DNA of 64,000 nucleotides from Nageia nagi (lineage: Eukaryota; Plantae; Pinophyta): contig JBITNC010000002.1 of NCBI GenBank assembly GCA_050084985.1, forward strand, positions 38,812,001 to 38,876,000, in the 5' to 3' direction. Below, one piece after another: positions 22,601-37,300 of this stretch. The notes under the pieces are model-generated. The model did no database searches and was not told the DNA's origin. It was given only the letters and a program-made list of their open reading frames with translations. Position numbers and translations under genes: made by a program. The first letter of the stretch is position 1. Every line of letters begins with the position of its first letter.

Positions 22601-23187
22601 TGTGATATGGGGATGGACTTAGATAATCAATATAGATTTAATGTATTGAAGATAGTTGTAGAACAAGGGAACACTATCAAATTTATATGGTTATTTTATA
22701 TTTACATTTTTTATAATTTTTATTTTAGATCTAGCTTTTATGATTATGTCATATTCATTGCAATTTATTTTATTATATAATATTATTTTCCAATGAATAA
22801 GTTATAAGAATTTCAACATCATCTACACTTATGTATCCTTCTCTTCTTTAAAAATAATTTATGATCTACTTTGATACGAAGTTATATTTAAAGAGAGGTA
22901 AAACAAATATACTTAAAATTATGTATTTACTTATTTAATTAATCTAAATATCCAAACTTTATATAGTTATTCACTTATCATAAGAACTTAATTTTTATAA
23001 ATGAGTATTGGTATTTTACAAGTGAGGATTTACCTTCTAAATATTTTTTTTGGAAAAGAATTTTTATAATTTCATATAAATCTGAACTTATTTATTCATT
23101 TTAGAGTACCATGAAGAAGAAAATATTATCATAAAATATAACATCCTTTTATTACAATTATATAATATCCTTTTATTACAATTAAAC

Positions 23188-26100
23188 TGATCTAAAATGG
23201 ATTTTTGTAGTAGTAAAAAAGGGTGATTTTTAAGGTTTCACTTTTATTGATTTTATTACATCATTTTGAAGAGCTCTCTTCCATGATTCCAACACATCTA
23301 ATGGCCAATAAAATGGAGCTATGGTTTATAAATTATTGATTTTCAAAATTTGGTGTTAAATATAAAAAATGCAAAATATGCATGGAAGGCTCTATTGACA
23401 GACTCACCAAGAGTAGCTCAAGTTGATTTAAAGCTATAATTTTGATCATTGGTACCTTTTATAATGATGAAGATATGGTTAAAAATTTAAGGCCTTTGGA
23501 TAAAATAATTGAAAGTTATAATACTTGCAAAATAGTAAATTCTCATTCTTTGGTCACAAAGCTACTTTGGAGGCCAACTTGATGGTGATGTTGAGAGAAA
23601 CTCATAAAGATTTAAGACATGAAATTTGGACTAATTAAGCTACAAAAAAATAGGAGAATATAACCATATGAGGTGAAAACAATACTACGGTATGTTAAAA
23701 GATGAGTTTTTTTATTAAAAAGAGGAGAGAAAATAATCAATTGAAGATAAATACCAAGATATGGCATATTTTATTATTGTATTCAACATCTTATAAAGGA
23801 GGAAAAATGATAAAATATTATGTTTATCATCTTTGTAACCAAAAATTCTAAAATTATAATCCCTTATTCTTATAAAAGGGAGCATGGAGACTGAAAATGG
23901 GTTAATTCCTTTTAGTGGATTTTCTTTCCAAGAGGTATTTAGTGTAGGTTTAAAAAGAATGTAGAAGACTCAATTTATTGTAAAATCCATGGAAAATAAC
24001 AAAACCATGAGAGCAATATCGAAGGTACATTTCAAGCTTACATAGAAGAAGAAAAAGAACATGGAAAAGATTATTTCCATTGAGAAAGAAGTAGATGCCA
24101 TAATCGCCATGATGAATAAAAAAGACAAAGAATAGTTTTAAAGATGTCATCATGGGATAAGAGATGTGGAACTATGCTCAAGGAATGTCATTGAAGAAAG
24201 AGTCATCTTCAAGAAAGGGATTCAATGGAGAGCTTGCAGTGATCTTATGATTTAGTTGTGATAAAACAAAGAGTGATGCAAGAAGGATCATACAAGTGAC
24301 ATTATTTTAATAGACTCGATAATAATGGATTGCTATTTCTTGGATGTAGACCATATTGGTTGAACCAAGATAACTATATGTTTACATCAATTTGTGTGTT
24401 TTTTATTTGGTGTGCATTTTTATTTCGATAAGCACTAAAAGAAATAAAGTATGAGATGCAAAATAAACTCTTTAGTAGGGTTTATGGATCAAGTTGGTAT
24501 CAGATAAATTCTTTTGCTAGGAATTGATGGAGTCTATTCAAAAAGTGGAATGGGTGCTTTTATGGAATCATGGTTTAGAAGCATTAAATGTTGAGGTAAA
24601 ATTTCACTTTTTCCATCAACAAATTTTCATTAACAATTAAATTTTTTTTCTAATGTAATATTTATTGATACAAATTCTAGTGGGAATAAGTGCATGTCTT
24701 GTCAGTAGTTGTGATGATGAGGAAGCTATGTTGGAATGGAGAGTATTTTGCTTATTGATTGCTAAGAATGAGAAGTTACATACTTGAGATGCCAAGCAAA
24801 TTCAAATTGTGTGAGGTAAGAAGAGGTAGATCTAGATTTGTTTATGTTGATTAATTTCCTCATTATTTCAATTCCAAGGCTTTTGTGGGACCAAAAGCCC
24901 ATAAAATAGGATGAGTGATCTGAAATGGATTTTCAAAGTCATAAAAAAGGTGATTTTTCAAATTCTTATTTTTATTGATTTTATTACATCATATTGAATA
25001 CCTCTCTTCCATGATTCTAATGTTTCAAATGGAAAATAAAATAGAGCTATGGTTTGTAAGTAATAGTTTTCAAAATTCGGATTTAAATATAAAAAATGCA
25101 AAATATGCATGGAAGGCTCTATTGATGACTCATTGAGAACAACTCATGTTGATTCAAAGCTTTAAATTTGTATTTTTGCTAACTTGTTAAAATGTTAAGG
25201 CATTTCAATAAAAGAATTAAAAGTTATAGCACTCATAAAATGATAAATTCTCATTCTATATTCATGACTTAGTCAAAATTTGATAGCTACCAGGTGCAAA
25301 TCTGCATCAAAGGCCAACTTGATGGCAATGTTGGGAGAAACTCATAAGGAGTTAAGCTACATATATCCTAGAACACCTAGATAAAATTTTGTGATATTTG
25401 GAATTTTAGTCATTATGTGTTCATGACAGAATGGCACTAGAAATTTTTTGATAATTTTGAAAAATCCAAAAAAAAAGGATAATATAACCATATGAGGTCA
25501 AAAAAATGGTATGGGATACTAAAATATAAGATTTTGTTGGAAAGAGGAGAGAAAATAATCAATTAGAGATAAATACCAAGATGTGGCATATTTTATTGTT
25601 GTATTTAGCATCTTATAAAGGAGGGAAAATGATAAAATATTATGTTTATCATCTTAATAACCATATATTCTAAAATTGTAATCCCTTATTTTTATAAAAG
25701 GAAGCATGGAGATTGAAAATGGGTTAATTCCTTTTAGTGGGCTTTCCTTCCAATGAGGAGTTAGTGTAGGTTTGAAGAGAATGTAGAAGACTCCATTTTA
25801 TTGTAAATTCCATGGAAAATAACAAAACTATGAAACTAATATCAAAGGTGCATTTCAAGCTTGCATAGAAGAAGAAAAACAACATGGAAAATATTATTTC
25901 CATGGAGAAATAAATGGAAGACATAATCTCCATGATGGAAAAAATAGATATAAAGAGTAGTTGTAAAGATGGCATCATGGGAAAAAAATGTGGAGTTATG
26001 CTCAAGAAATTTTGTTGAAAATAGAGTCATCATCAAGAAAGGGATTTAGTAGAGAGCCTACAATGATCATGCGATTCAATTTCAAAAAATATAAGAGTGG

Positions 26101-26313
26101 AGCAAGAAGGATCATACAAGTGATATTGTAAAATGGACTCTACAATAATGGATTGCTATTTGCTAGATGTAGACCACATTGATCGAAGCAAGGTAACTAT
26201 ATGCATACATCATTTTGTGTGTTTTTATTTGGTGTACATTTTTATTTTTGCAAGCACTAAAATAAATAAAGTATAATATCCAAAATAAACTCTTGAGTAG
26301 GGTTTACAAATCA
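23188..26313 (+). mobile_element. Complete non-autonomous LTR element: LTRs 23188-24491 and 24916-26313, 424-bp interior, TSD TAAAC
   Basis: TGAT...ATCA termini; TAAAC at 23183-23187 and 26314-26318; PBS TGGTATCAGA at 24495-24504; purine-rich AAAATAGGATGAG before LTR2. Confidence 0.93.
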
Positions 26314-27029
26314 TAAACATTTTAAAATTTCCTCACATATTATAATATTATTTAATTTACATTTCATTAACTTAAATTTGTAAATATAGATGCATAACAT
26401 AATTATTTAATCTTTTTATGAGAGATATTTTTATAATTTGAAAATACCAAATATTAATCTTCATATCTATGCAAAAATGTGCAACAAATTATCATTTTAT
26501 CTTATCTCATAAATGTTTAAATATTTATATTTTATTTAAGTAATTTGTGTATTAATGATAAAATAAAATAAAAATTATGATTAGATTTATTCAAGAAACT
26601 TTTAGTGGGTGAATAAGTGAACTATAACTATAATTTTGGATTTTCAATTTTTGATTTGAATATTATAGCACACAATGGGTCCCACCTTAAAGCCAAAATT
26701 TTATTAAAAAATATTTAAATTTTTGGGTCATATAGCTGAGCTTTTTACATATTTTTTAATATATTAGAATTCTTTTCTAATCCAATTTTAGCTCATTTGC
26801 CTTGAAACTATAAAAATAAAAAGTAATTCCACCTAAATAACCACTTATAGGTTAGTATATTTATATAGATACCAAACACCCTTTCCAAACCACCACATCA
26901 TAGACTTGAGGAAGCTATTACATAACAACCTTGAGTTTGCTCTTGTTTTGTGATACTTTAATCCAATAAAATAAGTTCATAACCTTATTCCTACATTGGG
27001 TCTGATCCTATAACCAGATCAAAATCATA

Positions 27030-27665
27030 TTCTTGTAACTAGGTTGGAATCATTTTCTTGCAATTAGGTCAAAACTTGAATCTAGGTTAAAATATTTTTT
27101 CTACATCTAGGTTAAAATGTTTTTCCTATTACTGAGTTGGAATTTGAATCTAGGTCAAAATCAGTTACTTGCAACCAGGTTGAAACTTACATTAAAGTTG
27201 AGACCATAATCCTATAATCAAATTAGAGTCCATATCTAAGTAAGGACCATAGTCTTGCAATAGGATCAAAACCATATTCCTACAACCAAGTCAAAATCAT
27301 TTTATTGTAATTGAATTAAAACTTGCATCCAAATAGGAACTTTCTACTAGATTAAAACCTATAATCAGGTCATAACCTATAACTGATCAAAACTTGTAAC
27401 TGGGTTTAAATCTACAACTAGGTGGAAACTTATAATTAGATTGAAACTTGCAACTAGTTGAAACTTGTAATTGATTAAAACATACAATTGGGTTGAAACC
27501 TATAATCAGTAGAATCCTATAACCACTCAAAACCTATAATCGGGTCTCAATCTATAATTGATTGAAACTTACAATTAAATCAAAACTTGCAATCAATCAA
27601 AACCTACAACTAGATTGAATGCAGATCTATACACTAGAGTTGGTTGCATTTTCCTACAATTGGTT
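27030..27665. repeat. Degenerate ~20-bp minisatellite (AAACYTRYAAYTRGGTYR-like)
   Basis: Recurrent aaacttgcaactagttg / aaacctataatcaggtc / aaacttgtaactgggtt units. Confidence 0.75.
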
Positions 27666-30589
27666 GGGATTTTCAAATGCATACCTAGGGCTTATTTTTT
27701 AAGAAAAAGGGATCATGTAACTAATCATTGGAAAGGAGTTTTCATGAACTTTCCAATGGTGTAGATCATTTCCCCCCATTAGATGTATCAAGAAAAATTA
27801 TGATCTTTTGAAGATGGTTGATCTTTTCTACAAGCTTCAAATTATGCCCAACCTCATAAAATGTTAAGGTAAAATGCCCTAAATACCTGGTTGTGTATCC
27901 AATGGTGTTTACATGGTTGCATGTCTCATAGCCCCAACCTAGTGGCATATTTTATTATATCGATCTAGTCACATGGATGTATGATATCAGATCAGTTGTA
28001 TCCATATGTAATATTTAACCTATTACAAAATATTTGATGTTGAAATAGTTACATAGAATCTAGATGTCGTGTTTAATTAGATGCAAAGTATTTATACCAA
28101 ACTTGTTACACAATATTGAGTGTTGATTTGGTTACAAATAGTTTTCCAATTATTTACATCTTTCTTTTTAAATTTATATAAAAATTTATCATGACCTACC
28201 TCAAGACATTGTTTGACCTCGAGTACCATCAAGGATTTGGATGGATCATGTTTGGAATAATGTTATGGTGATGATGAATTTGATAAGAAAATATGTATCA
28301 TTTGTGTAATTTGATGTTGGCTTCAAGGTTTTTCATGATGTAGGTAATAGGTCACCTCAAGATGAAAGTGTGATTGAAATTCCCTAGGGATGAAAGGTGA
28401 GTTGGTGATGGGAATGGAAGGGTAAAAAGGATGAAATAATTAGCATTGGATTACTAACACACCCTATGAACATCATAGATCATGTAGTTGCATGTTAGAA
28501 TAATTTATACGATTGTCAATCTCTTAATGGAAGTGTGGTTCAAATGTGTGTGGATTGATAATCTTACCTTGTAGGATGGGGTGATCATTGTAAGTAAAGG
28601 TGTGATTCCTTTATTGTGTATTTTTTGAAATTTGAATTTGAAAAGGAAGGAAAAAGAGTATACCTTATTTAAATTTGAAAATTTACATAAGGTTAGAAAA
28701 ATCAATTTAAATGATGTAAAAGTTAAAAATAAGTGCCTACACTATTGCCACATATTAATAATGGAAACACTATTATTGAAAATTTTAATATAAAAATATA
28801 TTTTAGCACTATGTGTAATTATTAAGGCATTATTGGGTATGGCACATATATTTTGTTCTAATGTGTGTGGTGGAAAGTAAAAATAGTTTTAGTAGTAATC
28901 AAATAGTAACCTAGACTAACCTAATTTTAAATGATTCTAAATATTAATTGAAACCATAATAGCCACTTTAGAATTTAAAATTTATTATACTTATCTCTAG
29001 CCCCTTAGTGGAATTAAAGTGAGAATAGTAAACTATTTGACCATTTCTTACACTCTAATACTACAAATACAAGGGGATCTTACCTTAAGAAAAATCACCA
29101 CCAAGAAACTAAGCCATCCAATAAATCATTATTAGAGTTTTTAGAGAAAAGAAAAGCCCACTCTATCTCCTCTTAAAATCAGATGCATTCCCTTGATTTT
29201 CTTAAGGTTGACTAGTATGTTGTAAGCCTTAAATATTCATAGTTTGTTTTACGTGAAAGATATTTTATACTTACATGTGTTTGAAATGAATCTAAATATG
29301 TTACAGTAGTAAGAGATATAGTTTGGTAAGATAAATTGTCTTGAATGAAGGGCTAAAGTAATCATTATTTTTCTTTTTGGTTTGGATATTAAGGTTCATC
29401 AAAGATTCAATATTTTACTATTCCCTATGGCCCATAATGTTTATAGCTCCATCACTTTCTTCTCTAATCTTATTAAGTAAAGTTTTGAATTCACAAGATA
29501 CCATTTTTTCCAAATTTATTATTTCTTTCTCCTAACATTTACTTCTCTTGAGAGTATATTCTAGTAGATCAAGTCCTGAACCTTATGTACTATTTTATGT
29601 GAGAGCTCATAATCACTTGTTCAACTACTCTTTGTTAGGTTTCCATATCTTCCTCAAGAGATTCTACGATGGTAGATGCTGGTAAATGATACAAAGTCTA
29701 GCTTTATTTAACCTATGTTAGTTTTCCTCTTAGCCATCATGGATGTTGATTAACAAATGATCCCTAAAACCTTATTTGTATTGGACATATTAACAACTTC
29801 TAAACCTTGTGTGTTTCTCCCATACATCATATTAGGGCACTCTCAATTACAACATTTGATGTGGAACTATACTCCACTCCTCCTTGAGTTTTAAATGTGA
29901 CACATCCTGGAAGAACGTTGGTAAAAGTGGTAGACTTTAGCTTAAACTTCTAGTATGATTACCTTGCAAGATATCTTAGTGATTGAATCATGCCTTCCTA
30001 TGATGAGTGTCATCCATGAGGTGTGTAAAAATATTTCCAAGCCTTGTTTAACATCCAATTCATTGAGTGGTCTCCATATCCTTTTTTCAAATGCCTCCAT
30101 GGTGTCACATGCTAGATCCAAAACTTAGCAAGGTTTTAGAGTTTGTTTTCTCTAAGATGACCTTTTTCTTTCTATATCCTATCATAGAATGCAATTGGTA
30201 TGATACTAATCCAAAATTTATCTCCAAACCTTTGCCAGATGCCTCTAGAACTTTTGCATGATCATCTAAGATTGCAAAATCTAGTTGTTGTTGAGTTGCT
30301 TGAGTCCTCTTGTGCACTGGTATATTATATTCATACCTAAGAAGCCTTCAAAATGCCTTCCATGGTAATGACATAATGATAATGTAGACCCCATGAAGTG
30401 TCCATGCATATCAACATACTCATTTTCTACATTTTCTATCAAAATCAAGCTATTGGTTTATTTTAAGGTGGATTTAGTTTAAATTTGACATTTTATCCTA
30501 AATTTGTAGTAATGATCCTGATAATAATAGTGCACAATGTATTACATGGCCAAGAATAATAGAGTAATGGGAAAATAGAATAAATATTA

Positions 30590-30765
30590 TGTGTGTGATC
30601 TACAAGAGTTATCTAATGTAGTCATATGGAAAATGAGAGGAAAAAGACCAAGGAGAGAAGAATTATGGAAATGTGTTGAAGAAAAATTCAAAGCCAAGGG
30701 TGATTTTCTACTAATAACCTTGTCATGTAATTTTTTCATGTTTTTGTTTAAGGATCATGAATACA
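30590..30765 (+). mobile_element. Isolated L1 LINE ORF1 (DUF4283-like) fragment
   Basis: VIWKMRGKRPRREELWKCVEEKFKAKGDFLLITLSCNFFMFLFKD matches the plant L1 ORF1 pattern LIxKFxGxRP...W...W..KG.......NGFFxFxF. Confidence 0.65.
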
Positions 30766-32082
30766 ACACATTGAATACAAGAATTTTAATCTTATATACT
30801 ATAACTTCCAGCAAGATGGTCACATTAAGAGGTATTGTACTAGAATATTAGGGACAAGGAACTATGAAATCACATGGGAGCCACTCAAGATTCCTTTTTC
30901 ATTTATCACTTGTCTTGTATCATCACTTTAGATCATTGCATATGGTGTCAATACTCAGTGTTCTCCCACTTTTTAATGTTATCTTACCTTTTTTGGGTGC
31001 ATGGGAAACACAAGTCAATCATATCCTATCCACACTTAATCTAGTTATGTCTTGTTATATTTCCTTTTTCACCATTTACTATGTATATATCACCATCATG
31101 ACATTGATTGTTGGACAATCTCTTCTACCTAGTTCAGTATAGAGCTAGTACATGTCCTACACATTAAGATTGAAATCAATTTTATCTCTCTTCTTTTTTC
31201 ATCCTATCATTTTTTATTTCCACATCGTTCTCCATCCTTAATCATTACATTCATATGTCGAGGCCATTGAATGACAATGTTAGCAATATATGAAATTACT
31301 CGACAAAAAGAGCTCATTCTACACAATAATATGGAAGTTGGCCCCAAATCCATTTTCACTTTTATTTATTCCCTTCATTATTTTGTGAGGTTATTTTATC
31401 TCTATTATCTACTTATGTTAATTTTTAAGTCATTTTATCTTATCTTGACACATTTTGCATTGTCCCTTTTTGACACATTGAACTTTTTAGCTTTCATTTT
31501 CCTTCAAAAACTTGCTTAACCATGACAATTTTCTATGCCATTTATTTTATTTTATCCATATTTCTAAATACGATGATATTCCTTTGGTGTCATTGTGTTT
31601 TTGTTGTCCTTGTATTTTCTTTAGCTTCCCAAAGTGGGCTACTTGGCCACTTTAATCACTTTTCTACACCTACATTGATTTGCATCATGTGATCATTCTA
31701 CCTTTACATTTTGACCCACTTTGTAGCCATTTTCGAGTCCATTTCATTTTAGGACCATAGGTCTTGAAATTTGACATCTTGAAAAGTTGCCTTTGTTTTG
31801 CTAGTTTTAAACCTACCAAACTATGTCTATTTTCCATTCTATTAGTTTCTTGTGGCTCTATGATATACTATCAATCATCCCCTCAAATTTCATAGTTTAA
31901 CTTTATCATTTGATGCCTTTTAGAAGCCCAAATAGAAGCCTTCTTGAAATGGTGCACTTTGAGTGAGCACTAAAGGTTTTACCCAAACATCTAAACCATG
32001 CATTGCATACATCTAAAACATGCATTCTATCACACATATAAATAACACCTAATATTATGTAATGAAACTTAAGCACACATAG

Positions 32083-32087
<5 letters not shown>

Positions 32088-32116
<29 letters not shown>

Positions 32117-32145
32117 TAAGAATAATAATAATAATAATAATAATA
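32088..32145. repeat. Interrupted (TAA)n microsatellite
   Basis: Direct reading. Confidence 0.97.
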
Positions 32146-32949
32146 AAATTTTATCCTAGCCATCAAAAATACATATCATATAACAACATATAGTACATCT
32201 CATGCCCATGCATGTTTGGCTCAACCATGTCTCCTTGAATGATGTCATCTCGATGATCAAGATGAATAATGATGGGATCAACTTGAATTCTTTAAGTGAT
32301 AGTGGGAGCCCTGTAATGCTATCAGGTTCCACTAAGTCCTCTTATTGGTAGCTATCTTCGATAGGCTCAACATTGCTAGAATTAGATGTCAAATCCTACC
32401 AAACTCCTCCTCATAGAATGTGACTCTCTTGTTTATCTCCATGAGGCAATGAGTTTTTCCATCCACTGTATGATCTAGCATGGTGATGTACTATTATGTT
32501 TCTACCAACTCTCCCTCTAGCTGAGATATCCTTAGCTATATTATTGCCATGTCTCCTCTCCTAAGCTATAGGAGGACCCATCATTGTACCACCCATTCCA
32601 AAGATCTCTTGATCATAGTACATCCCCTATCCATGGTATCCTCTATCTCCATTATCTCCCCTATCACCCACTCCATCACTACCATCCCATTCTCTATCCC
32701 ATCCTCCACCATCAATGCCATTCCATCCTCCCCCATCACCACCATCACCTCCTCCATCCTTGCCATCACCACCACCTATAGTCACTACCATCACCACCCC
32801 ACCATCCCTGCCATCTACCCCATCCCTTCCATCTCTTCCTATTGGTGGAGGTACTACTACAAACCATCCAACCTAGTATTGATCATATGTAAGAATCGTA
32901 CCTACCTCCCTTTATACTTGCTATATAAAATTGATACCCCAAGCACATC

Positions 32950-33930
32950 TTATCTCAGCATTACCTATTAGATGACCTAGTAAAAATAGAAGTACTTCAC
33001 TTGTCCCACTGATTCTTGATCCATTTGGCTCTCAAAATCTTACCCATGTGTAAGCTATCCTCTACCCACCTTCACCCATCTAGATAAGGCCTCCACCTAA
33101 AATCCTATACATGCATCCTTGAGATAACCAACTTATAGAATGTCAAGCCCCTAGTATGGGGATGCCATCTCTTTAGCTCATAGTCCCTACCCCATATCAA
33201 GGCATAGGGTGCCTCTATGCATGCATCCTCCCATTCTACATCTACCTCTATGTGGTTGTCATAAGGTAGCATTATTGGCCTACCCATCTAGATATGCTCC
33301 CACCCTTAGATCTAGAGGATGGGGAGCATGCCATCCCTCATCATCATTGATGTTGAATATCTACCACCTTATGGTAAACCAACACCAACAATGCAGGTTG
33401 CCATGAAAAAATTGTACCATTCTCATGCATCCTCTAAAGCATGTCATATAGCTTCCATGGAAAGAGCACCTTGGAAGAGTCTGGGTAGATGTGTGTTGTG
33501 ATGTTGACCATCAAAAATACTAGTCATGCCTCATAGAGACTATCTCTATAGGTGGCCTTGTAGTCAAACCTACCTCTCCCCCATTGAAGATGCCACCAAT
33601 TTGCTTTGATAAGTCCCTCCATGATTTCTTAATGATCAACATTCACACCCACACCAATCATATGATCCCCCTCTATTAGGACCTTGAATATCTATCAAAC
33701 ATCCTTTAGAGTGATCATACACTCTCTAGTTAGTAGAATGAAGGTGTTGGTGGAGGTATCCCACCTCTCCACCAACACTATTAGATACCCACTATCGCAT
33801 GTCATTGGATCCATCATCCTAACATATCCAATCTTGATTGCAAAGAGACACTCCTAGTCGTCATTGCTAATCATCCTATATAGGAGGTCCTAGATGGACC
33901 TGAAGCGATGGTGCATATCAAATCACTCAT
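32950..33930 (-). mobile_element. Degenerate TE-associated Plant Mobile Domain (aminotransferase-like, PF10536)
   Basis: Minus strand LVERWDTSTNTFILLTRECMITLKDV (~33776-33700; consensus LVERWxxETHTFHLPxGEMTITLxDV) and FRWRPY (~33103-33085). No introns evident; followed by a Gly/Asp-rich low-complexity tail at 32550-32850. Confidence 0.82.
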
Positions 33931-34007
33931 GGATCTATCCAAAATTGTAAAAAAATAACTTTGGTTAGAAACACCTAGGGTTAGGACATTTTACTTCTTG
34001 GGCTTTG

Positions 34008-34100
34008 AGAAATGTAGGACCCCCTTGTGTTTCCAATAGAGAAATGTGGGGACCATTGTGTTTCCACCTAGGAAATGTCGAGACCCCTTATGTTTCCAAT
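34008..34100. repeat. 3 x ~30-bp tandem repeat upstream of the PMD
   Basis: GAAATGTxGGACCCCTTGTGTTTCCAAT-like units. Confidence 0.8.
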
Positions 34101-34399
34101 TTCCCCCTTATTTGGGCCCTAGTATAAATTATTCATTTTACTCTTATATCTACCATTTGTCTCATCTAGTATTCTATCATGTTTCTTAGTTATTTTTACC
34201 TATTTTCCCCTAAATTTACCCTCCTAATCTTAATTTTCCTACTAAACCCCATTTATGTAATTAATTAACTTGAAAACTTAATTAAATATAGGATTAGTAT
34301 TCCCTTCGTTGATCACTCACCCTAAAAAAAATGAAAATGGATGCCTAAAAGCCATAAATAAGATGCCAAGGGTAGAGATAAGGAGTCAACATGTAAGTA

Positions 34400-37300
34400 G
34401 TGAACTCAAGAAGCATGCAAACTAGGGGCTCATATGTCACTTTCTAGGTCTCAGAACTATGTAGCAAGCAATAGAAAACTAGATCACATAAAATTGGAAC
34501 ATCAAAGGTGAGGTTTCTGTTAGCCACTATACCAATGTATATTTCCTTATTCTATTTGCAATTGAAGAAGATAGGGATTATGCTTTCCAAGGGGACCTTA
34601 TCTCTTTGTAGGTATAGATTATTTATGAAGCTATATCATTTCAATTTCAAACTAGGAGAGGAAAGCCCTACAGAAGCTCTAGTTTGGGTAAGACTCCTAG
34701 ATTACCATTAGGCCTATGGGATGAGGAGGTTATTGAATCAATTGGAAATTCCATAGGGGTATACCTATGTAGGTCTAACCACACACATGAATGAAAATCT
34801 CTTACTTATGCTAAAATTTATGTACATATGGACTTAGAGGCCCCTCAACTTGCTAACATGTTGATCAGTCTACTAGATGATGGATTGGAACATGAGCAAC
34901 TAATAAAAGTATTCCCTTTAGATGTAGGGTGTGCTCTGATTATGGTCATCTATCTAGAAGTTATCCACATGTTGTACCAAAAAGACCTAAATGTGAGGCT
35001 CCAAATGAAGGATTCCAATAGCCCAAGTGTAAGAATCATTCAGGTAATCAAATTTCTCATCTAGAGACTGAAACCCCAAACTCAAGTAAGTCATAAGGTC
35101 CTTCTATGTCCATTCCAACACATAATAACTTTAACATATTATAGTCCATGCATCCACTCTAGGAGGTCATAATTTCTATCCACTCAATAGCCAAACCTTC
35201 TCCCATAGTTGATCTATAGATGCAAGAGACAAAGCCATTGGCTAATAATCATTTATTTTCCCTAGAACTTGCCAAAATAGTCACCACATTTGAATAACCA
35301 TCGTCACTGCAAGAAATGGATACAAGTATGATGGATAGCCTCTAAATTGAAGGATTCCAAAAAGGAACAACACTCAAACCAAAATACATTTCCTCAATTA
35401 AAACATAGAACTAGATCCCTCAAAATCAACCAATTAGACAATCCACAAATAAGTTTAAAGCAATGTATGTGGGTGTTCACAAAAAGAGAGTTCAACCCTA
35501 AGAAAAGGTAAATTTGCAACAAGCTACATGAGAAAGTATTAAGGATGGTTCCTAGTAATAGCTAGAATATTTGATTGATGTAAAAAGGTTAAATAGTCTA
35601 ATGATTCTCTCTTCATGGAACACTCGAGGTCTCCATTTCCCTGATAAAACTTGAATGGTAAGATCATTAATTCAATAAGAAAAACCTACTATATTACTAC
35701 TTGAAGAAACCAAATCATCTACTTTGAAAGTAGATAGATTTGATAAATTTGGGTACATAGCTTAGAAGAGGTTTCTCCATTCTATGGGATAGCAATAAAT
35801 TAGAATGCACCCTAAATTGCATGAAGGATTCATGGATGGCTATCCTTGTCAAACACCTAGACATCAATTTTTATTTTGGCCTAATAAATATTTATGCCCC
35901 TTAAAACATAGATCATAAAATTGAATGTTGAAAGAAATTGACCTCATGGTTAGTGACACATAGTGATCTACCTTTTGTAATAGGAGGTGACTTCAATGCC
36001 ATATGAAATGTGACAAGAAAGCAATGTGGTGAGAGAAGAATTAAAAGATGTGAAATGGAATTTAGCAAATTTATTATTGAAAACTAGTTATTTGAACCAT
36101 TTTATAATTGTCAAACAAATGCTCAAAGGATTTTAAAGTCCTCAAAAAGATTGATAGATTCATGTTCACTTCACACTGGTTTGCATAGGGATCTTTTATT
36201 TAGTCAGAAATGTTAATGCTAGGCAGCTTAGATCATATTACAACTTTAACAATAGTGGAGATGCACAACAAGAGAATAGGATCCCCCTTCAAATTTGAAT
36301 TTATGTAGCTTCAACATGAATCTTGTATAGCACATAAATGTATAGGTTTTTCAGCCAAAATGAAGAAACTAAAGGAGAAGATGAAGAGTTGGAATAAACA
36401 ATCCTTTGGAAATATAGTTGAGAACCATAATAACATAGAACAAGAACTACATATGGTGGAGAAAAGATTACAACATGAACAAGAAATACCTCTTATTTAA
36501 CAAGAATAATTCTTTCTTCAAAAATTAAATGGCATCCATCATTAAGAGGAGATTTTTGGAAAGTAAAAGTCTAGAGTGCACAGGTTAAATGAAGGTGACC
36601 GTAACACCAAATATTTCCATGCCATGACATGTCTCACTGGGTTGTCAATCAGATAACCAAGATGTGTAAGGATGATGGGCATATCCTTTCTTCTCATAAG
36701 GAACTCAAACATTACATCATCTCTTTCTTTAAAGACCTTTTGATCAAGGAAGAAACCAATAGATGGGATGCTCAAGATTAGTTCTTGAACACTTTACCAA
36801 AATTAATATCCTTAGATCAAAATAAGATGCTCACTAACCCAATATTGAAAGATGAGGTATTTTTGGATATCTCCCACATGAAGAGCTTTAGTGCACTTGG
36901 CCTAGATGGTTTCCCCCTAGTATCTACCAGCACTTCTAGTTGCTACTAAAAGATGATCTTATGGAGGTAGTGAGAGAATATTTTCATTCTAAATAAGCAT
37001 TATGTAGTTTAAATCATACATTTCAAGCCTTAATCCTTAAGGTTTTAGACATTGATGCTATTGAGGCATTCCAACCTATTTCCCATTATAATAGTGTCTA
37101 TAACATAATATCTAAAGTAGCAGCTAATAGACTAAAAATAGTGCTCCTAGATATAATATTAAGTGAAAAAAGCTTTCATTAAGGGAAGATAACTCATGGA
37201 TAGTCCTATCCTATTTCAAGAATTGATACACTCTCTCAACATATCTAAAAATAAAGGTTTCCTGATGAAACTAGATAAGAAAACATCTTTTGATCAAATA

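Noticed and set aside
23950-26036. Paralogous hydrophobic small ORFs (23950-24153, 25724-26036)
   Set aside because: They are the same purine-rich segment of the two LTR copies read on the minus strand, with frames not conserved.
29100-30430. Coding-like decayed sequence on the minus strand
   Set aside because: Probably TE-derived, but I could not recognise any motif, so no call is supportable.
31906-32166. Poly-Tyr/Ile ORF
   Set aside because: It is a translation of the (TAA)n microsatellite.
32549-32971. His/Pro/Thr-rich ORFs on +
   Set aside because: Low-complexity antisense of the Gly/Asp-rich tail following the PMD; no independent gene evidence.
30590-34400. The 30590 ORF1 fragment as the displaced 5' end of the 34400 LINE
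   Set aside because: Both pieces cover the same DUF4283 segment, so they are separate copies rather than one split element.
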